Shown: positions 31,770 through 42,368 of the stretch, one piece after another | Numbering within the stretch: the stretch's first letter is position 1 | How the letters are laid out: every line of letters begins with the position of its first letter | Assembly (NCBI GenBank): GCA_965261595.1 | Contig: CBDHDG010000005.1 | Span: 960,001 to 1,024,000, forward strand | Source: a bacterium | GTDB lineage: Bacteria; UBA8248; JACPRG01; G963555815 | Direction of reading: 5' to 3' | Length of the DNA: 64,000 bases | Notes under the pieces: model-generated | Told to the model about the DNA's origin: nothing | Database searches by the model: none | Seen by the model: only the letters and a program-made list of their open reading frames with translations | Made by a program: the position numbers and the translations under genes

Positions 31770-33695
31770 ATGAACGATTTTCCAAGGCTTTTCGAGCCCA
31801 TCGAGATCTCCGGCCTCCGCCTCCGCAACCGGATCGTCAAGGCCCCCATGGCCACGAACTACGCCACGCTGGACGGGTTTGTGACGCCGGAGATGATCGC
31901 CTATTACCGGGAGCGCGCCCGGGGTGGCGCCGGGCTGGTCATCGTCGAGTTCGCCTCGATCGACGATGTCGCGAGCAAGTCGTGGCGCCGTCAGTTGGGG
32001 GCGGAAAGCGACGAGATGGTGGAAGGTCTCGGCCGTTTGGCGGATGGGATTCGTTCGGAGGGCGCGGCCTCCGCCCTCCAGATCTGCCACTGCGGGCGCC
32101 AGCGTCTTCTCCCCGGCGGGCCGCCGCGCGTTCCTTCGGCATCGGCCGCGCCGACGGACCGGGAAGTCCGCGAGGTTGATGAAGAGGAGATCGCGCAAAT
32201 CGCCGCCGCCTTCGGGGACGCGGCCGGCCGGGCCCGGCGGGCCGGTTTCGACATGGTGGAGATCCATGCCGCGCACGGTTATCTCATCATGGGCTTCCTG
32301 TCGCCGGAGACGAACCGGCGGACCGACGCCTTCGGGGGGGGGCTGGAAGGACGGCTTCGCTTTCCTCGGATGGTCATGGAGGCCGTCCGCAACGCCGTGG
32401 GCAAGACCTTTCCCGTCTGCGTCCGGATGAACGGCTCCGAGATGTACCGGGGAGGGATGGGGTTGCGCGAGGGCTGTCAGACGGCGCGCGCCTTCATCGA
32501 GGCCGGGGCGGACCTGCTCCACGTCTCGGCGGGGACTTACGGGACGCGCCATCTGCGCTCCACGCCCATGTACGGAAAGCGCGGGAACCTCGTTCCGCTT
32601 TCCGCGGCGATCAAGAAGGTGTCGTCCGTCCCGGTCATCGCCTCGGGCGGTTTGGCCGATCCCGTGCGTCTGGAGGCGATCCTGGGCGATGGGCGGGCGG
32701 ACCTGGTGTCGATGGCCCGGCAGCTTCACGCTGAGCCCCGCTGGGCCGGAAAAGTGCGGGAGGGACGGCTGGACGACATCCGCCCCTGCATCCGGTGCAA
32801 CGCGGGATGCCTGGGGAGCGGCCTGGCGGGTGACCGGATCCTGTGCGACGTGAACCCCGCGGCCGGTTTCGAGGCGGATTTCGAGATCCGGCGGGCGGCC
32901 CGGGCGAAGCGTGTGGCCGTTGTCGGCGGCGGTCCGGCGGGGATGGAGGCGGCGCGCGTTCTGGCGATGCGCGGTCACGATGTCCTCCTTTTCGAGTCCC
33001 AAAACCAACTGGGCGGGGCGCTGATCCCCGCGACGCGGCCGGAATTCAAATCCGACCTGCGCGCCTTCCTGGAGTTCCAGGTCAGGCAGGTCCGGAAACT
33101 TCCGGTGGAGATTAGGCTTGGCGCGCGGGTCGACGCCGGGATGATCGAGGCCATGGGCGCGGAGGAGGTCGTCCTGGCGACGGGGGCCGTGTTCAGGACG
33201 CCGGCCGAGATTTCAGGGAGCGACGGCCCGAAAGTCATGACGGCCGGCCGGGCCTTGCTCGAAAGCGATCGTGCGGGAAAACGGGTCGTCGTTGTCGGAG
33301 GAGGGGTGACCGGGTGCGAGACGTCGTGGGCCTTGGCCCGTTTGGGGCGGCGGGTGACGCTGTTGGAGATGCGGGACGACCTGGCGCCGGACATGGAGGG
33401 CATGCACCGGCCGGTCTTGATGAAGGGTTTCGAGGAAACCGGAGTGACGTGGCAAACCCGGGCGCGCGTGACCGCGGTCGCGGAGGACGGGACGGTGTCT
33501 TACCGGATCCATGGCGTCTCGACGGAGGAGCTGGCCGACACGGTCATCCTGGCCGTGGGGGTGGAGCCGGAGCGGGGTCTCGTGGACGCCCTTGCGGGGC
33601 TGGATATTCCTGTCCACGAGATCGGCGACTGCGCCCGGCCGGGGCGGGTTTTGGGGGCAATCCACGACGGCGCGCGGGTGGGACGGTCGATCTGA
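31770..33695 (+). CDS. NADH:flavin oxidoreductase (old yellow enzyme plus Fe-S and FAD domains)
   Basis: LRNRIVKAP, EIHAAHGYL, RPCIRCNAGC, VVGGGPAGMEAA, VVGGGVTGCE. Confidence 0.9.
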   Translation: MNDFPRLFEPIEISGLRLRNRIVKAPMATNYATLDGFVTPEMIAYYRERARGGAGLVIVEFASIDDVASKSWRRQLGAESDEMVEGLGRLADGIRSEGAASALQICHCGRQRLLPGGPPRVPSASAAPTDREVREVDEEEIAQIAAAFGDAAGRARRAGFDMVEIHAAHGYLIMGFLSPETNRRTDAFGGGLEGRLRFPRMVMEAVRNAVGKTFPVCVRMNGSEMYRGGMGLREGCQTARAFIEAGADLLHVSAGTYGTRHLRSTPMYGKRGNLVPLSAAIKKVSSVPVIASGGLADPVRLEAILGDGRADLVSMARQLHAEPRWAGKVREGRLDDIRPCIRCNAGCLGSGLAGDRILCDVNPAAGFEADFEIRRAARAKRVAVVGGGPAGMEAARVLAMRGHDVLLFESQNQLGGALIPATRPEFKSDLRAFLEFQVRQVRKLPVEIRLGARVDAGMIEAMGAEEVVLATGAVFRTPAEISGSDGPKVMTAGRALLESDRAGKRVVVVGGGVTGCETSWALARLGRRVTLLEMRDDLAPDMEGMHRPVLMKGFEETGVTWQTRARVTAVAEDGTVSYRIHGVSTEELADTVILAVGVEPERGLVDALAGLDIPVHEIGDCARPGRVLGAIHDGARVGRSI

Positions 33696-33708
33696 GGCGG
33701 TCAGGCGC

Positions 33709-34830
33709 TTAGACCATCAGCTTCCCGTTCTTCTGAAAGAGCCTGCCGTCCACGTAGACCTCGCCCTTCTTTCTGAGGTCGCAGATCATGTCCCAGTGCA
33801 GGGCCGAGTCGTTCTTCGAGCCGCTCTCGGGATATCCCTTGCCCAGGGCCAGGTGGATCGTCCCGCCGATCTTCTCGTCGAACAGGATGTTCTTCGTGAA
33901 CCGCTGGATGCCGGGATTCAGGGCGAAGGCGAACTCGCCGACCCGCTTGGCCCCGGCGTCCATCCCGATCATCCGGCTGAGAAACGCCTCGTTCTTCTCG
34001 GCGGAGAACTCGACCACCTCCCCCTTCTCGAAGCGCAGCCGGACGCCGTCCACCTCCCTGCCGCCGTAGGCCGCCGGGAAGCTGTACGAAATATGACCGT
34101 TGACCGAGTGCTCTTGGGGTCCGGTGAAGACCTCCCCGTCGGGGAAGTTGCGCTTGCCTTCGCAATTGATGAAGGGCCGCCCCGCGATGCCGAGCTCCAG
34201 ATCCGTGTCCGGACCGGTGATGTTCACCTTCTTGCGCCCTTTCAGGTAGCGGATGACCTTTCGCTGGAAGACCGCGAGCTTTTTCCACTCGGCGACGGGA
34301 TCTTTCTTGTGGGCGAAGCATGCGCGGTAGACGAAGTCGGCGTACTCCTCCAGGGACATCTCTGCGTCCTGGGCGTAGGCCTGGGTCGGCCAGAGGGTGA
34401 GGGTCCAGCGCAGGCCGTCCTTCTCGCCCCGCTCGTGCCTGGCCGCGCGCCGCATGAAGGTGTTCATGATGGGCCTTCGGGCCTGCTGCACCATGGCCTG
34501 GCGGGCGGGATCGCTTCCCGACAGGCGCTTGGTGTTGACCTCGGACAGAACGTTGATGAGGACATCCACCTTCCCGATCTCGAACCGGGTGACGGGGTGG
34601 ATGAACTCGAGCTGATTCTTGCGGGCGGTTTTCAGGAAGATCTCGTCCAGGCCGGGGATGCCGACCTGAACATAAGGGTGGGCGCCGACGTCGACGCACT
34701 CTCGGAAAATCTCCCGCAGGAGCGGCGCCGCCTCGCTTCCGCCGGCGATCTTGACGATGTCGCCCTTCTTCACCTCTGAAGAATACCGGACGATGGTCCG
34801 GGCCATCCGGACAGTGCGCGGGTCGGGCAT
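33709..34830 (-). CDS. Aminopeptidase, M29 family
   Basis: NFPDGEVFTGP, VGEFA, LFDEKIGGTIHLALG, SALHWDMI. Confidence 0.92.
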   Translation of the reverse strand: MPDPRTVRMARTIVRYSSEVKKGDIVKIAGGSEAAPLLREIFRECVDVGAHPYVQVGIPGLDEIFLKTARKNQLEFIHPVTRFEIGKVDVLINVLSEVNTKRLSGSDPARQAMVQQARRPIMNTFMRRAARHERGEKDGLRWTLTLWPTQAYAQDAEMSLEEYADFVYRACFAHKKDPVAEWKKLAVFQRKVIRYLKGRKKVNITGPDTDLELGIAGRPFINCEGKRNFPDGEVFTGPQEHSVNGHISYSFPAAYGGREVDGVRLRFEKGEVVEFSAEKNEAFLSRMIGMDAGAKRVGEFAFALNPGIQRFTKNILFDEKIGGTIHLALGKGYPESGSKNDSALHWDMICDLRKKGEVYVDGRLFQKNGKLMV

Positions 34831-36037
34831 TGGGTGTCCACTCCTCGGTGTGGAGGCTTCGCAATGGATTGTAGCGGCTCGAAATCCTGCGATTCGTTTG
34901 CGGGGCCGCTGGCTGTATATCCCTATGCTACAATTCCCGGACCGGAATGAAAATTTGAGCCTGGATCGACAGAGGTCCACGTCATGTCGATATGATGAAA
35001 GCGGTCGTCTACCCCGAGCCGGATCAGTACGAAATCGACGAGATCCCCGTCCCCGATCCGCCCCCGGACGGCGCGCTCGTCAAGGTGATGGCCACGACCA
35101 TTTGTGGAACGGACTTCAAGATCCTCGGCGGAATGTTCCCTGGCACGAAGTTCCCTCACGTACCGGGGCATGAATGGAGCGGCGAGGTCGTCGCCGTGGG
35201 CGATGGGGTGGACGAGCTTCAACCCGGCGACCGCGTCGGGGCGGAGCCCCATGTAGGCTGCGGTCGCTGCCGGATGTGCCTGGAAGGCCGGTACAACCTC
35301 TGCGAGAACTACGGCCGGGTGGACAAAGGCCACGCCCATGTCGGGTTCACGACCGGCGGGGGGCTGGCGGAGTATTGCGCGGTCTCCGTCAAGGCCCTCC
35401 ACCGCCTTCCGGAGGGCCTCTCCTACGGCCAGGGGGCGTTCATCGAGTCGGTCGGCGTGGCCCTCTACGCCATCGAGCGGATCGGCATCGAGGCGGGCGA
35501 GGACGTGCTCGTCATCGGGCCCGGGGCCATCGGTTATTGCGCCACGCAGATCGCGCGGGCCCGGGGGGCGGGGAAGGTCGTCCTCGCGGGGACGCGGGAC
35601 GAGCGTCTGGCGCTGGCGAAGGACTTGGGCTGCGACGCCGCCGTGAACGTGCGCTCAGAGAAAGACCCCGTCGAGGCCATCCGCGCGCATTTCGGCGGAA
35701 AAGGGGCCGACGTGATCGTCGAGTTGGCGGGATCGGCCGACGCGGCCCTTCAGGCGCTTCTCTGCGCCCGGCGGGGCGGGCGAATCGTCCTGGCTGGCTC
35801 GACCTCGCCCGGCAGGGAGCTGCGGGTGGACCTCAGCGTAATCGTCCGGGGCCACCTCGACATCCACGGCTCGGTGGCGAACCCCAAGTGGGTTTGCCGC
35901 CGGGGACTCGAAATGATCGCCCGGGGTTATGTGGACGTCGCTCCGCTCCTCACCCACCGGATGCCGCTGACCGATTTCGGCGAAGCCCTGGTGGACCGCC
36001 CCTGGGTTATTGGACACTCGGGTGAGGGTATTCGACC

Positions 36038-36955
36038 TCATGCGGCCTCCGCAACTTGAGCGAGTTTTTCCTGCCTTGCCTGGGCCGGCGTTCGGTAGCC
36101 GTAGCCCTCGAGAATCCAATGATGGTTGTACAGGTTCTTGAACTCAAGCAGCGCCCACCGCAGTTCCTCTACGGTGGCGAAAGAGCGCACCCACAGGAGA
36201 TTCTCCTTCAAGATGCGGATAAACCACTCACAGTAGCCATTTCCCTCGGGCGCCCGCACGAAGCTGGGCGAACTGGTCATGCCCAGGTAGGCGATCTCCC
36301 GCTGAAAGTCATCGGACAGATAGGCGGGGCCGTGGTCGTGACGAACTTTAAGCCCCTCGGCGACGTCCGCCTCCAAGCCGGCGAAGCGCTCGGCGACCCC
36401 CTGCCGGATCGGCTCCAGGGCCTCGAAGCGGTTGCCGCTCTTGGCCGCATGGATCCCCACGCAGTCCACCGAGCAGTGATCCACCGCCACGAACACCGAG
36501 GCCACCCCCTCCTCGGTGGTCACCGTCGTCGTCATGTCCGTGCCCCACATTCGGTCGGGCCGCTCGGTGCGGATGGTCCCGTTGTGGGCCTTGGGACCTC
36601 GGGGTTTGCCCACCCGGTGGGGGGCCTGAAGCCCCGCCTCCCGCATCAGGCGACGCACCCGCTCCTTGCTGGTGCGGATGCCCGCGAAGCGCAGCCTCGC
36701 CCACACCTTGCGGTAGCCCTCGCCATGGAAGGGAGAGTCCTCCAGGACCTGCCGGATGTGGCCGAGGAGTTCCGCATCGGTGCACGGGCCCACAGGGCCG
36801 CGCTTATTGGGCGTGGGGCGTTCATGAACGGGGACCGCCTCTCGCCGCCGTTGCGCGTAGACCGTGGAGAGCGCCAAGCCCCAAAGGGCGCACACCCGCT
36901 TCAGGCCGTAGGCTCTGCCCGTGGAGGTGAAGCGGGCCTGACTCATCGCCTCCAC
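36038..36955 (-). CDS. IS3-family transposase OrfB (rve/DDE)
   Basis: WGTDMT, RHDHG, PEGNGYCE. Confidence 0.9.
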   Translation of the reverse strand: MEAMSQARFTSTGRAYGLKRVCALWGLALSTVYAQRRREAVPVHERPTPNKRGPVGPCTDAELLGHIRQVLEDSPFHGEGYRKVWARLRFAGIRTSKERVRRLMREAGLQAPHRVGKPRGPKAHNGTIRTERPDRMWGTDMTTTVTTEEGVASVFVAVDHCSVDCVGIHAAKSGNRFEALEPIRQGVAERFAGLEADVAEGLKVRHDHGPAYLSDDFQREIAYLGMTSSPSFVRAPEGNGYCEWFIRILKENLLWVRSFATVEELRWALLEFKNLYNHHWILEGYGYRTPAQARQEKLAQVAEAA

Positions 36956-37356
36956 CTCCTGCCGGCTAAAGGGCGGCCGGCCTCCAGGCGGTCGATCTTC
37001 TCCCGCAGGACCTCGCCCTCCATCGTGAGTTCGCCCACCTTGGCCTTGAGCCGGGCGTTCTCCTCGTCCCGCTCATCCGCCGGGCGGGCTTTGAGCGCCG
37101 CCTCGCCCCCGCGAAGGAACGCCTCGCGCCAGGCGGAAAGCCGAGCCGCTGTCGTGCCCAACTCGCGGCAGAGCGTCTCCAGGCTCTCGCCCCGCAAAAG
37201 ACGCAGGACCGCCTCCCGCTTGCGCTGGCAGGAGAACCGACCCCGCTCACTGCGATGCCCTGGGGCCTTGGCTCCGTTCGCCCTGCGGGCGCCCTCCGCC
37301 AAAGCCCCCTCTTGCTTTTGTTCGTTCATCGCGACACCCCTTTCTCCATGAATCAT
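36943..37356 (-). CDS. IS3-family OrfA (HTH plus leucine zipper)
   Basis: RKREAVLRLLRGE...W...F; LKAKVGELTM. Confidence 0.85.
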   Translation of the reverse strand: MIHGERGVAMNEQKQEGALAEGARRANGAKAPGHRSERGRFSCQRKREAVLRLLRGESLETLCRELGTTAARLSAWREAFLRGGEAALKARPADERDEENARLKAKVGELTMEGEVLREKIDRLEAGRPLAGRRWRR

Positions 37357-37493
37357 GGATCAATCGAGTGTCCAACAAAACCCTAGAGCGGGGGACTGGA
37401 GACCTTCCGCGAGCGCAGGGGCGGGGCCTACCGCGTCATGATGCACCCGCACGGCGTGGCCGAAGACTGAGCGATCGCCGAAGCCGGACGCAC

Positions 37494-37527
37494 AAAAAAG
37501 GGGACGGTCCGGTTGGACCACCCCCTT
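37494..37527 (-). terminator. Intrinsic terminator downstream of the substrate-binding protein gene
   Basis: GGGG-GGTCC/GGACC-CCCC hairpin followed by T6 on the minus strand. Confidence 0.6.
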
Positions 37528-37584
37528 CATGCCGATGAAACCGAGCCCCGTTCTCAAACAACCCAGGGCCGAATTCCCGATGCT

Positions 37585-38630
37585 TTACATCTTCTTTTTA
37601 CGCCGGGCCTTCTTCCCGGACTTTTTGGCGAAGGCCTTCATGGCGGCCCGGCCTATGCGGAAGTCCACCATGTCCTTGATCTTGGGCTTGCCCTTCTTGT
37701 AGCGGCCCAACTTGGCGTTCAGGTTGTTGGTGTACCGCAGCACCTTCATGGGCAGGCCCACGTTCGTGGTCCAGATTCTCGCTCTGGTAATGATGTCGTA
37801 CGTCTTGGACGCGCCTTTTCGGGCCTTCTTGCCGCCCCGGAGGAACTTAACGGCGGTGTTAATTGTCGCGGCCTTGTTCTTGTACATGAAGCGGGTTGCA
37901 TTGATGAGGGCCCGTGTAACGCGGACGTAGGCGCGCCGGTTGGCCTTGATTTTCACCCCGGGGGCCGAGACGGCCGCGTAGGGGTAGTCGGGCTGTGTTT
38001 CCCAGATACGCGCGAGGGTGTGGACCTTCCCCTTTGTTTTCTTGCTCGCGAACGCCACCTGCTCGATGTGCATGAGGACGGCGTCCACCTTCCCCGAGAT
38101 GATGAAGCTCACCCGCTGCGGGGGTGTCGTCCGCACGTAGATTACGTCCTTATCGGTCACGCCCGCGGGCTGGATGACCGAGAGCATCCCCAGGTGGGAG
38201 TAGCCGAATTTCCCCTCGATGCCCAGCTTTTTCCCCCGAAGGTCGGCGGGTTTCTTGATGTCGGCTTGCACGGCGAGGATGGCCTCGTTCTTGTGGGCGT
38301 AGGAGTAGAACATCTTCAGCCCCGACCCGCGGGCGATGCCCGACATGGTCAGGGGGCCGGGGATCCAGGCCAGGTCCAGATCCGTCCCTTTGGCCGTGAT
38401 GGCCTGATGGGCCCGGGTTCCGCCGCGGAAGCGGGAGATCTTCACGTCCAGGCCTTGCGCCTTGTAGAAGCCCCGATCCAGGGCCAGGTAGACGGGGATG
38501 TGGACGACGTTGGGTTTCGGCGTCGGCATCCCGAAATGGAGTTTTTTCGCCGCCGCCGAAGCGGCGGGAGAGAGGGCAAAGGCGAGCCCTGTCACGATCA
38601 GAAGAATAGAACAAACGTCTTTTTCAGCAT
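37585..38630 (-). CDS. NitT/TauT-family ABC substrate-binding protein with an apparent 1-bp deletion in the signal peptide
   Basis: P.YLA.DRGFY..QGLDV, DLRGKKLG, SGKVDA; the RBS-preceded ATG at 38630 is out of frame by 1 nt. Confidence 0.8.
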
Positions 38631-38827
38631 GTTCTTTTCCCTCCCTTTCTGGAGTGGAATTTCATCCCCGCGGGTTTGGACGGCGTTGTTCGAATCAGGC
38701 GTGTCCGCGGCCATCTACGCCCTTGTTGATTTAGAAGCCTGAACGTTCTGTTTTGTTCGCCCTGATTTTCCCATTTTCGACCCGTGCGGGGCAAGTCGGA
38801 TTTTTACCCCCCCCCCCTCCCCCCGGC

Positions 38828-39916
38828 CTACCCCAGCGCCTCGCGGAGCCAATCCGCCGCGAGGGGCCGGTACTTGTACGGGATGTTGTTGCACACGTGG
38901 TTCCCGTCGGGAAACAGGGCGAATTCCTTCGGGCCGGAAGCCTCGGCCACGATGGCTTCACCCTGGGAGACGGGAACGATTCGGTCGAGCGCCCCGTGGA
39001 TGATGAGGAGGGGACAGGTAATCTTCGCGGCGACCCCTTTCAGGGTGATCGCCATCGAGCGCTCGCGGGCCTCGTCCAGGTCCTTCGCCCCCCAGGCGTG
39101 CCGGAAGCCCTTTCGGGTCAGCAGGGGCATGTTGTCCCAGCAGTTGGCCATGTGGTGGAAGCCGGCCACGCCGACGCATGCCCGGATCCGGCCGTCGAAG
39201 GCCGCCGCCCGGGGGGCGTAGTAGCCGCCGGTGCTGATCCCGCAGACGCCGATGCGCCCGCCGTCCAGGTCGCCGCGGGACAGGACGAAGTCGATGACCG
39301 CCGAGACGGCCGACTCGTAATCCTCGCGCATTTTGACGTGGGGGTGGACCTCCCCCTGGCCGGGTCCGTCGAAGGCCAGAACGGCCATGCCCCGCGCCAG
39401 AAAGTCGCCGCCCAGGCTGTAGAATTCCTCTTTGGTCGAATCGAGTCCCGCAATGATGAGGACGACCGGGGGGCGGTCGGCGCCGCGGGGCTTCCGGAGG
39501 AATCCGGGCAGGATGGTGTCCTCGAACGGCGCTTCGACCCATTCGATCGGCTCATCCAGCAGCCCCAGGGCCTCCCGGAACGTCTCGACCTTCTTGTCCT
39601 GGGCGCTTTGCTTTTGTCCGAGGTCCTCGTCCCAGACGAATTGGGCGAAGTGGTAGGTGACCGAGGCGCTCAGGAAGGCCTCGGCCGCCGTCCGCCTCCG
39701 GCCCCGCTCAAAGGCCTCCCGCGCCAGGTCTTCATGGATGGCGGCCGTCGCGCACCAGGCCCGACACCAGTCGTCCCAGGATTCGACGCGTTTCAGGGTC
39801 TCCTCGGCGTCGTTGTAATCCACGCCGTTGGCCAGCATCCGGGGATGCCAGTTGCGCAAGGCTTCCAGGGTGGGGTTGTCGCCGGAGGGGGATGGGGGTG
39901 GGGGCGCGCCGCTCAA
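38828..39916 (-). CDS. Alpha/beta hydrolase, 2,6-dihydroxypseudooxynicotine hydrolase/FrsA-like
   Basis: GLDSTKEE, FDGPGQGE, GISTGGYYAPRAAAF, GNHVCNN; TTG start inferred. Confidence 0.8.
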   Translation of the reverse strand: MSGAPPPPSPSGDNPTLEALRNWHPRMLANGVDYNDAEETLKRVESWDDWCRAWCATAAIHEDLAREAFERGRRRTAAEAFLSASVTYHFAQFVWDEDLGQKQSAQDKKVETFREALGLLDEPIEWVEAPFEDTILPGFLRKPRGADRPPVVLIIAGLDSTKEEFYSLGGDFLARGMAVLAFDGPGQGEVHPHVKMREDYESAVSAVIDFVLSRGDLDGGRIGVCGISTGGYYAPRAAAFDGRIRACVGVAGFHHMANCWDNMPLLTRKGFRHAWGAKDLDEARERSMAITLKGVAAKITCPLLIIHGALDRIVPVSQGEAIVAEASGPKEFALFPDGNHVCNNIPYKYRPLAADWLREALG

Positions 39917-39920
39917 CCGA

Positions 39921-40040
39921 TCAATCCTCCCGCGTCTTCCATGGGGCGATCCGCCGCTCGAACCACTTGAGGCCCTCGCTGAGGATGATTCCAAGGGTCA
40001 TCAGGATGACGATGGGGACGAACATCGAGTCGTTTTCCAT
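39921..40040 (-). pseudogene. C-terminal remnant of a NitT/TauT ABC permease
   Basis: Translates as ENDSMFVPIVILMTLGIILSEGLKWFERRIAPWKTRED*; upstream sequence is unrelated and AT-rich. Confidence 0.6.
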
Positions 40041-40213
40041 GTCGATACAGCCGTAAGGACGTTCTTTCCAGTCACGAAACCTTATTATTATATTGATATT
40101 ATTGGATAATATACATTATTCCAGATTTTATTCGGAACCTGTCTTCTACTGTTCGTAATCAAAATGAATGCGGATTCGATACAACGTCCGCGCATCCAGT
40201 CGAGTCCCTGGCG

Positions 40214-40933
40214 GTAAGCATTCAGTCGTGGGGTGATGGCAAGCGGCTTGCTCGTCATGGACTTCGGGAGAGGTTCTGATAAGGGGCTGGTAACATAATC
40301 CGGCATGTGGTATTCATGTCGGCATGACGATTCGCGCAGATGTTGTTGAAGCAGAGCTTTCGTTGGTCGAGAGGGGTGATGTCCGATGGTCTCTTCCCCC
40401 CGAGACGCCCTCATGCGGGGCGCCGGACTGGCGTTCGCTGTTCGAGCGCGAGCGGGCGCGATCGGAGGCGGCGGAGGCGCGCTGCGAAGAGTTGCGGTGG
40501 GCGGAGGTGGATTCCCGCGCCCGGGCGGGTTCGCTGAAGTGGCGCCTCGACACCTACCGGAAGAAGCTGAAGGCGGTCGTCGAGGAGACGAAGGAAGTCC
40601 GTTGCGCGGCGCAGGACGCCCTTTCGTTGCAGGCGGAAGTGGCGCGGCTGGAGAAGCTGCTTTCGGAAGCCGGTGTCGAGGCGGCCAGGGGCCGCACGGG
40701 CGCGTCGCCGTCGGGGGAGGCCGCTCGGCTACGCAAGGCCCTAGAGGGGCGGAAGGACACTATCGAGTCGCTGCGCACGGAACGCGGCGGGCTGCGCAAG
40801 GAGATCGGCCGTCGGGACAAGAAGGTCGCCCGGCTGGAGGATCGGCTGGAGCGGGAGGCGCAGGCGTCGGAGACCCACAGGGAGACCATCGGGTCGCAGG
40901 GCCGCGAGGTCATTGGGCTCCATTCGGAGTTGA
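40214..40933 (+). mobile_element. Possible IS66-like remnant (end plus coiled-coil N-terminus of a transposase, ORF from 40324) cut by an IS3
   Basis: Begins GTAAGC, as IS66 ends do; the coiled-coil ORF stops being coiled-coil exactly at the IS3 end; no catalytic domain visible. Confidence 0.35.
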
Positions 40934-42344
40934 TGGAGTTACCCCGTTTCAGTGGACAGTTTAGGGCTGTCGTCCCCAGCCCTGAGGTGGGCGACAGCCG
41001 GTGGACCTAAAGTCTTCTCCCTATCCGATAGATAGGGTGCCCCCGGGGGGTATGTCTTGACCTTTGGCTCGCTGCTCCGGGAAGCACCGGGGACGGCTCG
41101 AGCCGGATGATGAAGTTTGCGCGCCGCCCGCGGCATAGCCTCCGCCTCTGCCCGTTCGAAGTCGTTGGGGCTGAGGTAGCCCAGGGCGGAGTGCCGGTGT
41201 CTGGGGTTGTACTAGCCCTCGATGAATTGGAAGATCGCCATGCGCGCTTCGGCCTGGGTACGGAACGAACGCCGGTCGATGAGCTCGCACTCCAGCGTGG
41301 CGAACAAGCTCTCGGCCATGGCGTTGTCGAAGCAATCCCCGGCCGACCCGGTCGACGGAACCACCCCCATCTCCCGGCACCGCTTCCCAAAGGCAAGCGA
41401 GGTGTACTGCGAGCCCTGGTCGGAGTGATGTACGACCCCTTGGGGGCGGCGCTGTCCCAACGCCATGTTCAGCGCCCCGAGCACCAGTTCGGTGCGAAGA
41501 TGGTGGGTCATGGACCATCCCACCACCCAGCGGGTGAACACGTCGAGCACGATGGCCGGGTACACGAACCCCGTCCAGGTCGGCACGTAGGTCACGTCGG
41601 CCACCCAAAGCCGATCCGGCGCATCGGCCTGGAACTGGCGTTCGACCCGGTCCGGGACCACACAATGGCTCTGGTCCACGCGCGTAGTGCGCATGCCTCG
41701 GCGTCGGCTCACCCCGGCCAACCCTGCCTCGCGCATCAGACGAGCCACCCGATTGCGGCTCACCCGGCAGCCGCCGGCCATCATCTCGGCATGGACCCGA
41801 GGCGCCCCGTAGGTGCCACCAGATACCTCGTGGATGGCCCGGATCGTGCCACGCAACGCCTCCTCGCGCTTCGCACGATTCGAACGCCCACGGCTTCGCC
41901 ACGCGTAGTATCCGCTGGGGGAGACACCCAGCCGACGGCACATCGTGGCCACCCGATGGCAGGCCTGATTCGCCTTCACGAGCTCGAAGACTTCGCCCGG
42001 ACCGAGCCGGTCTCCCGAGCGAACCAAGCCGTAGCTTTTGCCAGTATCTCGCGTTCTTCGCGAAGCTGACGATTGTCCCGACGAAGCCGCCGTAGCTCCT
42101 CGAGCTCTGAGCTTGTCAGACCGTCCTCACGACGGCCCTCGTCGCGGTCGGCCTGGCGCACCCAGTTGCGTATCGCCGAAGCGGAACACTCGAACTCCCG
42201 CGCCAGCTCCCCGGGCGTACGGCCCGAGCGAACCAGCTCAACCATCTGGCGCCGGTACTCCGGCGCGTAGGGTGAATGTGTTTTCGCCATCTGAACACCT
42301 CCTCCGCACAGTCTGAAGGTGTCCACAAAAACGGGTCAACTCCA
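40934..42344 (-). mobile_element. IS3-family element (type A); orfA 41976-42290; orfB carries a nonsense codon at 41212-41214
   Basis: IRs TGGAGTTACCCCGTTTCAGTGGACA and TGGAGTTGACCCGTTTTTGTGGACA; WVADVTY, HHSDQGSQY, DNAMAES; EG*YNPRHRHS; no TSD. Confidence 0.9.
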
Positions 42345-42368
42345 GTCCACCAAACCGGGTCAACTCCA
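42345..42368 (-). repeat. Orphan IS3 inverted repeat, 24/24 identical (inverted) to 54360-54383
   Basis: GTCCACCAAACCGGGTCAACTCCA directly abuts the end of the type A IS. Confidence 0.9.

Larger units (their letters stand above)
35992..37395 (-). mobile_element. IS3-family insertion sequence, copy 1 (1404 bp)
   Basis: Imperfect IRs sharing TTGGACACTCG; 4-bp TSD CTGG at 35988-35991 and 37396-37399; orfA plus DDE orfB. Confidence 0.93.
34992..37470 (+). pseudogene. Zn-dependent alcohol dehydrogenase interrupted near its 3' end by an IS3-family element
   Basis: ICGTD, GHEWSG, CGRCRMC...C, GPGAIG; removing the IS and one CTGG restores ...EALETFRERRGGAYRVMMHPHGVAED* ending at 37470. Confidence 0.9.

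Noticed and set aside
31533..34864. Long antisense or alternative-frame ORFs (e.g. 31533-33008, 33511-34779)
   Set aside because: They overlap well-supported genes and are typical high-GC shadow ORFs; the same applies to similar ORFs across the window.
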